From Pelagomonas calceolata (taxonomy: Eukaryota): a stretch of 64,000 nucleotides of DNA. This document shows positions 45,009 through 54,925 of the stretch, piece by piece (the first letter of the stretch is position 1; each line of letters opens with the position of its first letter). The notes under the pieces were generated by a model. That model did not search any database. It was not told where the DNA came from and saw nothing but the letters and a program-made list of their open reading frames with translations. Both the position numbers and the translations under genes were made by a program. The stretch covers positions 4,402,001 to 4,466,000 of the forward strand of contig CAKKNE010000004.1 in the NCBI GenBank assembly GCA_918797485.1, in the 5' to 3' direction.

Positions 45009-46404
45009 ATGAGAGGCCATCTATTGTTAGCGCTCGTTGTTAGCGCTCGTCGACACCGTTACTGCTCGGTCGAAACGCATCAACCGTACCGCGCGCAGGC
45101 GCCAACGGCCATGGTTACATGACCGAGCCGCCCTCGCGCCAGTTCGAGGCCTACGAGGCGAACGGCTGGCCTAACGAGGTGGCCGAGTGCGCGCGCCGCG
45201 TCCTCGCCTCTACGCCAATAAACGCCATCGACGGGACTTGTCACTCAGGTACGACCCCCACGGCGTCGCCGCCGGTGGTATGTACAGCCAGTGCGACGGC
45301 TGCTCGTCGCGCGAGTGGTACGGCCCGAACCCCTGGTCCGCCCCTGGAACCGCTCGCGCGGTCGACTTCGTCATGGGCGGCGCGGGCGACAACATCCTCG
45401 GCGTCTGCGGCGCGTCGCCGAGCCGCGACAACGACTACAACCAGCCTCTCCCGGGCCATTGGGGCACCGAGGCCAAGACCACCTACAAGGCCGGCGACGT
45501 GATAGATGTGGCCTGGTGCGTCTCGGCAGACCACGGTGGAGTCCCGCAATTTCGCTTGTGCGACGACGAGGGCCTATCAGCGACGGCCAGGTCGACGACG
45601 TCGTGGCCATGTTGGTAGAGCTCCTCGAGACGGTCGGTGGCGACGGCATCGACTTCGACTGGGAGCACCTCTCGGAGTACAAAGACATCGACCCGGGCCT
45701 CCACGCGCAGCAGCGCCTCATCGTCGGCAAGGTCATCGTCGCGCTCAAGGACGCGCTCGTCGCCAAGGGCCTGGGCGACCGCATCATCTCCTTCACGCCG
45801 CGCTACAACGCGTTCTGGGACGGGGGTGCATACGGCTCGGCCCAGTTCCGCACGGACGGTGAGGGCATCGACGTCGTCGGATATGTGTCGGAAAATTCTC
45901 CGTACGGCGTCGACGCGATCGACTACGTCCATTTCATGATGTGTCGGCGATCGGCGTCGTTTAGACGCGCGGCGATGGCGTATGATCTCGACGCGACTCG
46001 TCACCGCTCAATTCCCGCGCAGATGACATCAACGCCCAGGAGGGCTTCCCCGGCGCGCCGGAGCAGTACTTCGTCCAGGAGCACTACGACGCGGTGCGTT
46101 TCTGAGTCAGAAACTTTCTCGAGAGAACAGAGCCCGACGGTCGCCCACACAGGTCATCGACTCGTCCCTACAATACATCCCGGCCTCCAAGATGGTCATC
46201 GGCTTCGAGCCGGGGCCGCAGGCCTACACGGGCGTCAGCGGCGGCGTCGAGCACGAGAAGGGCATCATCTCCTACCTCAACGGAAAGGTGGGCGGCATCA
46301 TGTTCTGGGCCGTCAACGAGGGCGCGTCCGGTGGTCCGAACGGCAACGGCCAGACGACGGGCGAGAACTCGGTCGCGCTCGCGAACTACGCGGCGGCACT
46401 CTGA
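45009..46404 (+). pseudogene. Chimeric LPMO (N-terminal part) + GH18 chitinase (C-terminal part), frame-disrupted at ~45575
   Basis: Signal MRGHLLLALVVSANG followed by HGYMTEPPSR (intron 45043-45098), intron 45187-45248, then ADHGGVPQFRLC; in another frame DGIDFDWEH, FMMYD (intron 45943-46022), intron 46094-46152 and GGIMFWA. Confidence 0.7.
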
Positions 46405-46492
46405 TGGGCTCTTTATCGATCGGACGCTTTTCCCCCTCCTCTTCTCTCCCTCACGTTTCCCTCTCTCCTGTAAACTTGTAGATACACGTACA

Positions 46493-46864
46493 TCATCGCT
46501 TACTCCGCTTGCCCTGCCCCTTTTTGGGCGGGCCCTTGCCGCGCCGCCGCAGCACTTCCAATTGACTCTTGCGCCGCGCCTCGACGTCGTTCATCCAGCC
46601 CTTGACGATTTCTCGGCCCACTTCGTCCACGCTCTGGCCAGACTGGTCGAAGTAATAGTCCGCGAGCAGCGGGCCCTTGAGCTTCTTGCGCAGGACCTTG
46701 TTCCCGCTCCGCTCGTTGTTGCCCTCGAGCGTCCCGAAGATGGCCCGCCCGATGGCGTCGAGGCGCTTCGACGCGGGCGCGGGCGGCGTCGCGCGCGGCG
46801 CCCAGCGGCCACTCGCGGCGCGGGCGAGCGGCCGACGCGATGTTTGTAGTGCGGCGCGCAGCAT
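46493..46864 (-). CDS. MRPS33: Mitochondrial ribosomal protein mS33
   Basis: Arg-rich presequence; IFG....NERSGNKVLRKKLKGPLLADYY...RRRGKGPPKKGQGKR. Confidence 0.88.
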   Translation of the reverse strand: MLRAALQTSRRPLARAASGRWAPRATPPAPASKRLDAIGRAIFGTLEGNNERSGNKVLRKKLKGPLLADYYFDQSGQSVDEVGREIVKGWMNDVEARRKSQLEVLRRRGKGPPKKGQGKRSKR

Positions 46865-47323
46865 AATTTGAGCAGTTCGCAGCTGTTTTTGCACCCTGGG
46901 GCGACGCGCAATACGCTCGCGCTGCTCGCTGGCCGTGGAGGCTGAGCTCACGCTACTTTTAGAGCCCTTCCGGCGATGCGCTTCACCCAGGATTGCTCGG
47001 CGACACAAGAGTCGATGCCTGGAGCACTCCAATCTTGCTCCGTACCCAACCTCACAGCGCTAGAGGACGCCAAAGACCTGGCAAAAAGCAAGCGACCTAG
47101 CGTCAACATACATACTAGCTCTGCGACGGGCACATTCGATTTTTGGCCCAAAAATACTCGTACGCGTGAACCGGTGGACATCGGTCACGCCAGTGAACGT
47201 TCATACATCACAGCTTCGCTACCAACCGCGACAACCCCGCCGCGGCGCGAGCAGACGCCGCACAAGCAACCCAGCTGTGTAGCTCCTCTCACAGCGACGC
47301 AGTCGACGCGCGAAAGCGAGAAG

Positions 47324-48775
47324 ATGTCAGCCCCACCACCGGGCCTCGCCCCGCCGGCGAAGCGCAGTAGGACGAACGAGGTCCAGTGCCCCTACCTCGA
47401 CACGATCAACCGGCACTTGCTGGACTTCGACTTTGAGAAGGTCTGCTCGCAGTCGCTGTCGACGCAGAACGTTTATTCATGTTTGGTATGTGGCAAGTTC
47501 TTCCAGGGCCGGGGCCCGAAGACCCACGCGTACACGCACGCGACGTTATGCGGCCACCACATGTTTGCGCACCTCGATACATGTAAAATCTACTGCCTGC
47601 CGGACAATTATGAGGTTGTCGATTCTTCCTTAGATGATGTGATACGGTGTCTACGACCTTCATTTACGCCGGAACGCATCGAACAACTCGACAAAGTCGC
47701 GACGCTAGCCAGAGACGTGCACGGCGTCGCCTATCTACCGGGCTTCTGTGGGCTGAACAACCTCAAGAAGACGGACTACATCAATGTCGTCGTGCACCAG
47801 CTGGCGCACGTGCGGCCGCTGCGAGACTTTTTTCTGGACCCAAGAAACTACAAGGACCGGCCCTCGCCTCTCGTAAGGGAGTTCGGCGCGCTCCTGCGCA
47901 AGATCTGGTCGCGGGACAATTTTAAGAGCGTGGTGTCTCCCCACGAGCTCGTCCAAGAAGTTACGAGGGCCTCCAAACTCCGGTTCAAGATCGGGACGTC
48001 CGCGGACGCGGCTGACTTCTTGGGCTGGCTCCTCAACCAGCTCCACCGCGATTTGGGCGGCACGAAGCGACCGGGTTCGTCCATAATCCACGACGTCTTC
48101 CAAGGTTCTATTCGCGTCGAAACGCTATCGAGGAAGACGCACTTGACAAAACGCGACGACGCGGATGTGGATGCGACCGCCACCTCCGCCGAAAGTGCGG
48201 GATGGAAGCGCGACGAAAAGGACCTCAACTTTTTATATCTCACGCTAGACGTGCCGCCGACACCGCTCTTCAAAGACACGCAGGGCGGCAACATCGTGCC
48301 GCAGATTCCTTTATTTGATGTATTAACGAAGTACAACGGCGTGCGACTGACGGACACGGTCCGGGCAGGCGTGCAATCTCGTAGACGATATGTGATCACG
48401 AAACTCCCGAAGTTCCTCGTGTTTCACTTTGCGCGGTTTTCCAAAAATAATTTTACGGCCGAGAAGAACCCTACTATTGTGCACATTCCCGTCAAGGACT
48501 TGGAGCTGAAGGACCAGTTCGCGCTTGAGGGTATTGCCTCTCAAGAAGCGACGAAGTATGACTTACTCGCGAACGCGTGCCACGACCTGCCGGCTGGCCT
48601 TGATAAAGACGGGCGGAAGGAACCCCTGCAGCACGGCACGTATAGGGTCCATGTGAAGCAGCAGTCGTCGGACCAGTGGTACGAGATCCAGGATCTTCAT
48701 GTTAGTGAGACGATGCCGCAGCTGATTGGATTGAGTGAGTCGCTGCTGACGATCTACCAGCGGCGGGACGCGTGA
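47324..48775 (+). CDS. USP39: U4/U6.U5 tri-snRNP-associated protein 2 (USP39/Sad1)
   Basis: CPYLDTINRHLLDFDFEKVCS, ZnF-UBP, YLPGFCGLNNLKKTDY and WYEIQDLHV. Confidence 0.96.
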   Translation: MSAPPPGLAPPAKRSRTNEVQCPYLDTINRHLLDFDFEKVCSQSLSTQNVYSCLVCGKFFQGRGPKTHAYTHATLCGHHMFAHLDTCKIYCLPDNYEVVDSSLDDVIRCLRPSFTPERIEQLDKVATLARDVHGVAYLPGFCGLNNLKKTDYINVVVHQLAHVRPLRDFFLDPRNYKDRPSPLVREFGALLRKIWSRDNFKSVVSPHELVQEVTRASKLRFKIGTSADAADFLGWLLNQLHRDLGGTKRPGSSIIHDVFQGSIRVETLSRKTHLTKRDDADVDATATSAESAGWKRDEKDLNFLYLTLDVPPTPLFKDTQGGNIVPQIPLFDVLTKYNGVRLTDTVRAGVQSRRRYVITKLPKFLVFHFARFSKNNFTAEKNPTIVHIPVKDLELKDQFALEGIASQEATKYDLLANACHDLPAGLDKDGRKEPLQHGTYRVHVKQQSSDQWYEIQDLHVSETMPQLIGLSESLLTIYQRRDA

Positions 48776-48822
48776 GTTGCGTAATTTACTGGTTTCTTAC
48801 AGGGGGGACAGGGAGGGAAGCC

Positions 48823-49518
48823 TCAGACGACGGCCGCGCCGGGCTGAGCCGTCACGGCGGCGTAGCGCGGCAGAGTCAGCTGCATCTCTCCCGGCGCCGG
48901 GCCCCGGCCGCACGTCTGCTTGCAGCAGCTCTGGTACGTGCAGCACACGAAGTCCTGCTTGAGCACGTGCTTCACGTAGACGCCCTGCTGGTACGCGGAG
49001 CAAGAAGGGCACCAGTAGTCGGCGCAGTAGGCGTGGCCGCACTCGACCGCGAGGCCCTGCTGCTCGAGCTGCTGGCGCGACCGCATCGTCAGGACCGGCG
49101 CGAGGTTGATGAATCCGCTGATCGACTGGCAGCCCATGGCGTTGCACAGGCTCTGGGCCAGGGACGTCGCGCAGCTGTAGCCCATCAGAGCCCAATAATT
49201 CGTGGCGCAGCGGGCACTCGTGCAGCAGCAGCAGGGCTGGCAGCACTCGGCGTCCTGCGGCGATCGCAACGTGTCCACCTGGAGGTACTCGGCCGCCTCC
49301 GCCCACAAGCACGGGGCGCACCAGGCGGCGTAGCAGCACAACGGAAGGTCGGCGCAGCAGTTACAGTTGTCGTAGCAGCAGAGCTGGACGGGCCACGGCG
49401 TGCCGGCGACGACGGTCGCCGCGATGGGGGCGGACGCGGGCTGGGTGGCGATGACCTCGCCCTTGACGGGCACGGCGGCCCCGGCGGGCGCCTGGTAGGT
49501 GCCCTTCTCGGTCGACAT
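48823..49518 (-). CDS. PLAC8 family Cys-rich protein
   Basis: W...LCC...D..LCCYAAWCAPC and CADYWCPSCSAYQ. Confidence 0.8.
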   Translation of the reverse strand: MSTEKGTYQAPAGAAVPVKGEVIATQPASAPIAATVVAGTPWPVQLCCYDNCNCCADLPLCCYAAWCAPCLWAEAAEYLQVDTLRSPQDAECCQPCCCCTSARCATNYWALMGYSCATSLAQSLCNAMGCQSISGFINLAPVLTMRSRQQLEQQGLAVECGHAYCADYWCPSCSAYQQGVYVKHVLKQDFVCCTYQSCCKQTCGRGPAPGEMQLTLPRYAAVTAQPGAAVV

Positions 49519-49933
49519 GGTTATGTCCCGGTTTAAAAAACGCTGCGGTGGCGTCGCCGAGGGTATCGGGAGCGTCGTTTAATATCTCGGGCGCGCGGCG
49601 GCTCCGGGTGAGCGCTGAAATGAGCTCTGGCCGGATTAGCTCTTGCTCTTCAGTAGGGCCTCGGTCTTCGCTGGAGCCGCTCTTGAGGTTACACGAGATG
49701 CTATTGAGCCTCCCGGTTGCGTCAAGGGACCGCGAGGGGCGTCAAAAACCGCGTCTAATGTGTCTGGCTGGAATATGCTTGACCATATGGTACAATACTC
49801 TGAGAGGGGGGGTGCTTATGCTATGGTATAATAAGGCGGGCAGCCAGCCAAGCGCCGTGCGCGTCGCGCGAAACAAAGGATAGGAACAGGCATTGCATCG
49901 AGATTATAAATCAAAAACGTGGCAACAACAACA

Positions 49934-50938
49934 ATGCGGCGACTCATCGTAGCGATGCGCCGCACCCAGCCAACTATAAACACTGCAGCCTCTGCAGCCA
50001 TCCGCCGACGACACAAGAGCACGGATCACTTCGACGCCGCCGCCACGGAAAAACGTATAGGAGAACTGCAACGATGCGTGAGAGACCACCTAGCCAGGCA
50101 GGACGTCGCCGAGGCCGTCGCCGCCGCCGAGGAGCTCGTGAGGACGTCGACGGAGGCCTACGGCGACGGCCGCGAGCAGGGCAACCCCGTGCTAGCGGCG
50201 GCGCGGAACGACGAAGCTTTATGTAGGAAGGCGGCGGGCGACTTTGAACGAGCCGCGGAGCTCTTCGCGAAAAGCGCGCAACTTTATGAAGCGTGCGGCA
50301 TGAGCAATTCGGCCTCCTGCGCGACGGCCCTCCACAACCTCGGGGCGTGCTACAAGGACGACGCAAGTCAACCAGGGCGAAAAAAAATGGACCGCATGAT
50401 GTTACTTGACAGAGCGAAGGAGGCGCTCGACGAGTCCGTCTCTCGGAGAATCCACTCGCCGGCCCATGACCAGCGCGACCTACCGGCCCTGGCCTCGACG
50501 AAGGTCGTCCTGGCCTCGGTCAAGAGGTTGGACGATGATCGAGAGGGTGCCGCGCGCGAGTTAGATGAGGCCATCGTTGATTTGAGGAAAGTGTTTGAGG
50601 AAAGTCCATCAATACCGGGCGTCGCCACGGCCCTCGCCGCGGCGTTGAACAACCGCGCGCTCCACGCCAAACGAGATGGAGATCCGGAAGAAAAGGCCGG
50701 CCACTGGTACGCCGAAGCTTTGCAATTACGCGAGGGCGTTTTGGGCGAACAGCATCCTCTCGTCATCCAGACGCTCCACAACATCGCGGAGCACCTCGAC
50801 GCGCGGGGCGACGACGACGACGCGTACGAGGTGCGCCAGGACATTTTGAGGCGGCTCGACGTGGACGAGGGCGAAGCGGACGAGAGCTTCGCGGCGGCGG
50901 CGGCGGCGTACGCCGATAGCTGGTCGCCGCCTAAGTAG
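49934..50938 (+). CDS. TPR protein (kinesin-light-chain-type repeats), probably mitochondrial
   Basis: Arg-rich presequence; ATALHNLGACY, ALNNRA and LGEQHPLVIQTLHNIA. Confidence 0.75.
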   Translation: MRRLIVAMRRTQPTINTAASAAIRRRHKSTDHFDAAATEKRIGELQRCVRDHLARQDVAEAVAAAEELVRTSTEAYGDGREQGNPVLAAARNDEALCRKAAGDFERAAELFAKSAQLYEACGMSNSASCATALHNLGACYKDDASQPGRKKMDRMMLLDRAKEALDESVSRRIHSPAHDQRDLPALASTKVVLASVKRLDDDREGAARELDEAIVDLRKVFEESPSIPGVATALAAALNNRALHAKRDGDPEEKAGHWYAEALQLREGVLGEQHPLVIQTLHNIAEHLDARGDDDDAYEVRQDILRRLDVDEGEADESFAAAAAAYADSWSPPK

Positions 50939-51226
50939 ATGTTTGTGTGCGTCGCGGCGATGGCGTCTCCGTGCAGTGTTGCGTCGCGGCGATGGCGCCC
51001 GCGCGTTCCGACGTTCGTACGGGCTCTCTCATTTTTTGCCCGGCTGTCAAACGGGTGCGATCGACACTGACGACGTGCAGCTGGCGTCATTGGTCGCGCC
51101 GCGCCTATATACCAGCGCGCGCTACCCAATCGACGTCGCTGCGCGACTGGGCAGCCCCAGAGTCTGCCAGGCTGCACTTGTGTAAAAGAGTAGACACGCC
51201 GTCGACGGCTGGGCAGCCACCGTGTG

Positions 51227-52987
51227 ATGTCGTTCCGCCGCGAGAGCGCCGGGTCGCCGCCCCAGAGCCGCCCGAACCATGAAGAAGAAAAACTAGATCG
51301 CCATGCGGCTCTATCCCCGGACCACCTGCCGCCGAGCCCACAAAACAGATTCGACGCCCCCACGAAGCAGCTCTCCGGTTTGGACAGAGCGGCCGCCGAC
51401 GCCTGTCTGGAGAAGAACTCCAAGTTTCGAAGTGCCGTGAAGGGCATCATCCGAGCACGACGACGACGACGAGGCAAGAAAGTACAAGTAGGCTACAAGA
51501 TCAACGGGATCAGGAATGTCCATAGCATCGACTGCATGTTCACGGTGGACTTTAAAGTGTTCTACTACTGGACCGACGACAAGTGCAAAGGAAGAAAAGG
51601 CAGATTAGAGTTAAATGAACCAGGATTATTCAACCCCGAACTAGTGATAGATAACGACGCCGGCCTCCAATTGACGCACTGGGAGTTCCAGGTCAAGGAT
51701 TCGAAGACTGGCCTGGTCAAGCTGTCCGAGTACTACCGGGGTAAACTCATGATACCGAATATGAGCTTAGATATGTTCCCCTTTGATTTTCAAAATTTAC
51801 GTATATGTATAAAACCGCACAAGAAGACGATTGACGAGGTAGAACTCCACCCCTTACCAGATGAGTGCGCGATCGAGCACCACGCGCGCCACGAGTGGAA
51901 CGTGATTGGGTCGAGGACGGCCATGTACGCGACGAACCCGGAACATAGTACGACGGCCAAGGTCTACTCCGCGTTGCATGTCATCGTGTTGGTCGAGCGC
52001 GAGTCCGACTGGCACGTGCGCATGATCATGTGGCCGATCTTCCTGATCAACATCTGTGCTTGGTCGGTCTATGCCTTTCCGCTGGAGGACCTTGCGGGGA
52101 GGATGGAGACCTCCGTTGCTTTATTGTTGACGAATGTCGCGACGCGATTCACTACCTCAGACTACATGCCAAAAGTACCCTATAGTACGCTCTGCGACGA
52201 AATTCTGGACTGGTGCTTCTTCTTCCAGTTTATTGGATTGGTGTCGAATCCGTTGCTGTATCTGGGATGGAGATTAGGAGGCGGCAAGAAGGCGCGGTGG
52301 ACATCGGCACTAGGTCTGGGTACGGTACGCTATGTGGAACTCGCCAATGTACTCATGTTCATAATAATGGTGTTCTGCCTCATCTCATTGACGTCGTGGA
52401 AGAATGCCAAACTAAAAAAACACCGAGCAGAGGCGCAAGAGTGGAAAAGACAAGCATTGCCGGCGTCGGAGCCGGTCCACGGCTCCGGAACCAAACTCGC
52501 GGACAACGGCGAGAAGACCATCGCCGGTAGACTGCTATCGTCGTTGCAGCTCCTGAAAACGCCCCTGGCGCGACGAGATAGCACCGAGGGACTGCCGTCC
52601 GCAACTTCGAAGGATGCGCCCGTCGCGCCCATCCGCTTCCACCACGACCCGAAACATCGAGGAGCCGAAGGGTTGGTGCCGCGCGTGAAGTCCGCGTTTG
52701 ATATCTTATCTCCCAGCCACAGAAGAAGGACCGCGAAGCGCTACAAGTCGTCTTTGGCCGCTCCCGACGGCCACCGCGACTTCCAGGCGTTCTTGGAGGA
52801 GGGCGATTCCGACGTGTCCACGCCCCAGACGCCGGGCGAAGAGCGCTTTACGAAAGCTTTGTTGGATGAGGAGTCTACGCCGTCGATCGGCCGGCGGCGG
52901 ACGTCTGGGCTTCCTCCGGACAACGGGTCCATGTCTATGAGAAGGGGCCGGGCGCCGGCGTCGCGCGCCGCGGCCGGGGAGACGTAA
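51227..52987 (+). CDS. Cys-less pentameric ligand-gated ion channel (pLGIC)
   Basis: FTVDF.....WTD, FNPELVIDN and Pro-loop FPFDFQNL; four TM helices with MPKVPYST M2-M3 loop. Confidence 0.88.
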   Translation: MSFRRESAGSPPQSRPNHEEEKLDRHAALSPDHLPPSPQNRFDAPTKQLSGLDRAAADACLEKNSKFRSAVKGIIRARRRRRGKKVQVGYKINGIRNVHSIDCMFTVDFKVFYYWTDDKCKGRKGRLELNEPGLFNPELVIDNDAGLQLTHWEFQVKDSKTGLVKLSEYYRGKLMIPNMSLDMFPFDFQNLRICIKPHKKTIDEVELHPLPDECAIEHHARHEWNVIGSRTAMYATNPEHSTTAKVYSALHVIVLVERESDWHVRMIMWPIFLINICAWSVYAFPLEDLAGRMETSVALLLTNVATRFTTSDYMPKVPYSTLCDEILDWCFFFQFIGLVSNPLLYLGWRLGGGKKARWTSALGLGTVRYVELANVLMFIIMVFCLISLTSWKNAKLKKHRAEAQEWKRQALPASEPVHGSGTKLADNGEKTIAGRLLSSLQLLKTPLARRDSTEGLPSATSKDAPVAPIRFHHDPKHRGAEGLVPRVKSAFDILSPSHRRRTAKRYKSSLAAPDGHRDFQAFLEEGDSDVSTPQTPGEERFTKALLDEESTPSIGRRRTSGLPPDNGSMSMRRGRAPASRAAAGET

Positions 52988-53369
52988 GGGTCTTGTGTAT
53001 ATCTTTAAATGTCTCAAGTTCGGTGCCGCGGAGGCACCTATGGCCTAGGCACCGCCGCGCATCCGTGGACAGCTCAATCATTACCTCACAACGGCATTCT
53101 GAACGGAGCGAGCCTTCCGAACGGGGGGATTCTGAACCAGAGCGTGCCGCTAAAATCTATCAACGCCTGCATCGCTCAAGGGGCTCGGAAAAGGGCCGCA
53201 AGGGGCTGCCGGAGGCCCGTCGCTGGCGCCGGGGGGGCTTGGTCTTGGCCCTCCAGGTCAGCTCGACCTCCCGCAGCGCTCCGGACGCGCGGCGGCGCCG
53301 GGACGGCCAAGATCGGGGCAGGCTCTGCCTTTGGATTTTTGGGCTCCACCTCCCGGGAGGCGCACCGCG

Positions 53370-53777
53370 ATGGCGCAGCTCGCCGCGACGCAGCCGGTGA
53401 CGGCCCTGAGGCCGCACACGCCGCCGCTGATCGCCGCCCCGATGACGATCCGGCCCGGCGAGAAGACGCGCGGCGTCTTCGGCTCCTGGAGCGACGCCTC
53501 GTCGTCGGGGACGCGCTCGTCGCCGCCCATCAACGTCCCGCGGCCCGACGATGACGACGACGACGAGGCGGCGGCCGTGTCGCAGCAGGACTCGCTGTAC
53601 GAATATAGACGCTACTTGTTCTGGCTGCGGTTAAGGAGAGGCGGCATCGCCGGAAACGACTACGAGGCGGAGAACGGCGACCCGCCGCCGCGCCGGTCGC
53701 GGTCGCCGCCCTTGAGCTCGTCCTACAGACGCGCTTTGTCCAAACCGCCGGACACGCTCTTTGCGTTCGACCTTTGA
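53370..53777 (+). CDS. Small hypothetical low-complexity protein
   Basis: Coding-like codon use; ends DTLFAFDL; no family recognised. Confidence 0.5.
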   Translation: MAQLAATQPVTALRPHTPPLIAAPMTIRPGEKTRGVFGSWSDASSSGTRSSPPINVPRPDDDDDDEAAAVSQQDSLYEYRRYLFWLRLRRGGIAGNDYEAENGDPPPRRSRSPPLSSSYRRALSKPPDTLFAFDL

Positions 53778-53898
53778 CGCACTGACGTTGTCCCAAAATT
53801 GTGTATACAGGCCGTCCCGCCAAATTCGGACGCCACCAAATTCAGAAACCTTTCCCTCGCTTCGAGCGGAGTAAGCCATACAAGATTAACAAAAACAA

Positions 53899-54567
53899 CT
53901 ACTCGAGGCCGGCGAGGATGTGCCCGTGCAGCAGGTCCCACTCGACTTCGGCGACGGCGCGGCAGTACGCCATCGCGGTCTCGTCGCCCGAAGCGTGGGC
54001 CGCCGCGCAGAGGTCCACGAAGGCGTAGGGGTCCCAGCCGTCCAGATGCCAATCTTCCAGTAGTGGCGACGGCTCGCGGGGCATTTCTGCCGCGGCGACG
54101 GCTACGGCTTCAAAAAGAGGATGCGCGCCGAGGACGCCCCACCAGTACTTGCTGTTCGCCCAGCCAGTCATGGAAAATTCGCCCACGAACGCCCCTTCCT
54201 TGCGGTGGAGTAAAGCGTGAATGTAGGCCGCGTCGCTCCCCGAGTACGACTCGGCGACCACGAGCGCGTGGCACTCGTCGAGCATCCCGTAGGCAAGCCA
54301 CAGCGACGCGAGGCACGCGCGGCGTTTCGGCGCCTCGTCGGCCGTCGCCTTTGCCGCAAATAGTGCACAGGACGTCCGCACGTCTTGCGTAGCCGCGGGT
54401 CGTAGTGCCTTGTGCGCGTCGGTGAGCGGGCTACTATAGCACATCGGTAAAGCAGACGTGAGCGGTGGCGGCCGCGGGACAGCCTTCAGCAAGCTGTGGT
54501 AGGTGTCTGTGAGCTGCAGGCCCATCGTGCCACCGAGCACGCAAGCGGGGATGAGTCGTCGTCGCAT
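53899..54567 (-). CDS. Conserved hypothetical protein (HRKEG...NxxYW motif)
   Basis: LDECHAL, AYIHALLHRKEG, WANSKYWW and WDPYAFVDLC resemble an uncharacterised bacterial/fungal family. Confidence 0.65.
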   Translation of the reverse strand: MRRRLIPACVLGGTMGLQLTDTYHSLLKAVPRPPPLTSALPMCYSSPLTDAHKALRPAATQDVRTSCALFAAKATADEAPKRRACLASLWLAYGMLDECHALVVAESYSGSDAAYIHALLHRKEGAFVGEFSMTGWANSKYWWGVLGAHPLFEAVAVAAAEMPREPSPLLEDWHLDGWDPYAFVDLCAAAHASGDETAMAYCRAVAEVEWDLLHGHILAGLE

Positions 54568-54748
54568 CGATCATTAGCATATGCTGTGGAGAGCTGTGCT
54601 GCTGGAGAGCTGCTGTCTGTTTTACAGCCCTGTCCTCCTTAGGCTGCAAGCGGCGGTGTCACAAGTTGTCGAACCGATCAAAATAATCGGCTCAGAGCTG
54701 CTGTGTTGCGAGTTTACTGCGAATTTATGGCTTGGGCCGCAAACCGAG

Positions 54749-54771
54749 GCTAGCGGCTGTAAGACACTAGC
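54749..54771 (-). promoter_or_regulatory. 23-bp intergenic CTAG-bipartite motif copy
   Basis: Reverse complement reads gctagtgtcttacagccgctagc. Confidence 0.6.
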
Positions 54772-54925
54772 AATCAGCAGCGCCTCCTCCCCCAGCCCTG
54801 GGCGGATAGTGGTCGTCGAGGCGAGTGCTCAACGAATCGACGACCCCTACCGCTACCAGTCAAAATCTCAGGTGCGACGCTTACGCCGCGGGGGCAGGGG
54901 GGAGGGAGGGAGGGCCGGCAGTATC

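Noticed and set aside
44552..45043. 163-aa ORF in an AT-richer interval
   Set aside because: Non-coding-like composition and no motifs; likely promoter of the LPMO gene
48772..48802. GTGAGT...TTTCTTACAG 31-nt intron removing the USP39 stop; similar donor-like words overlap the stops at 39773 and 63096
   Set aside because: The proteins already end where expected, the USP39 intron would be very short, and an extension would run into the neighbouring gene
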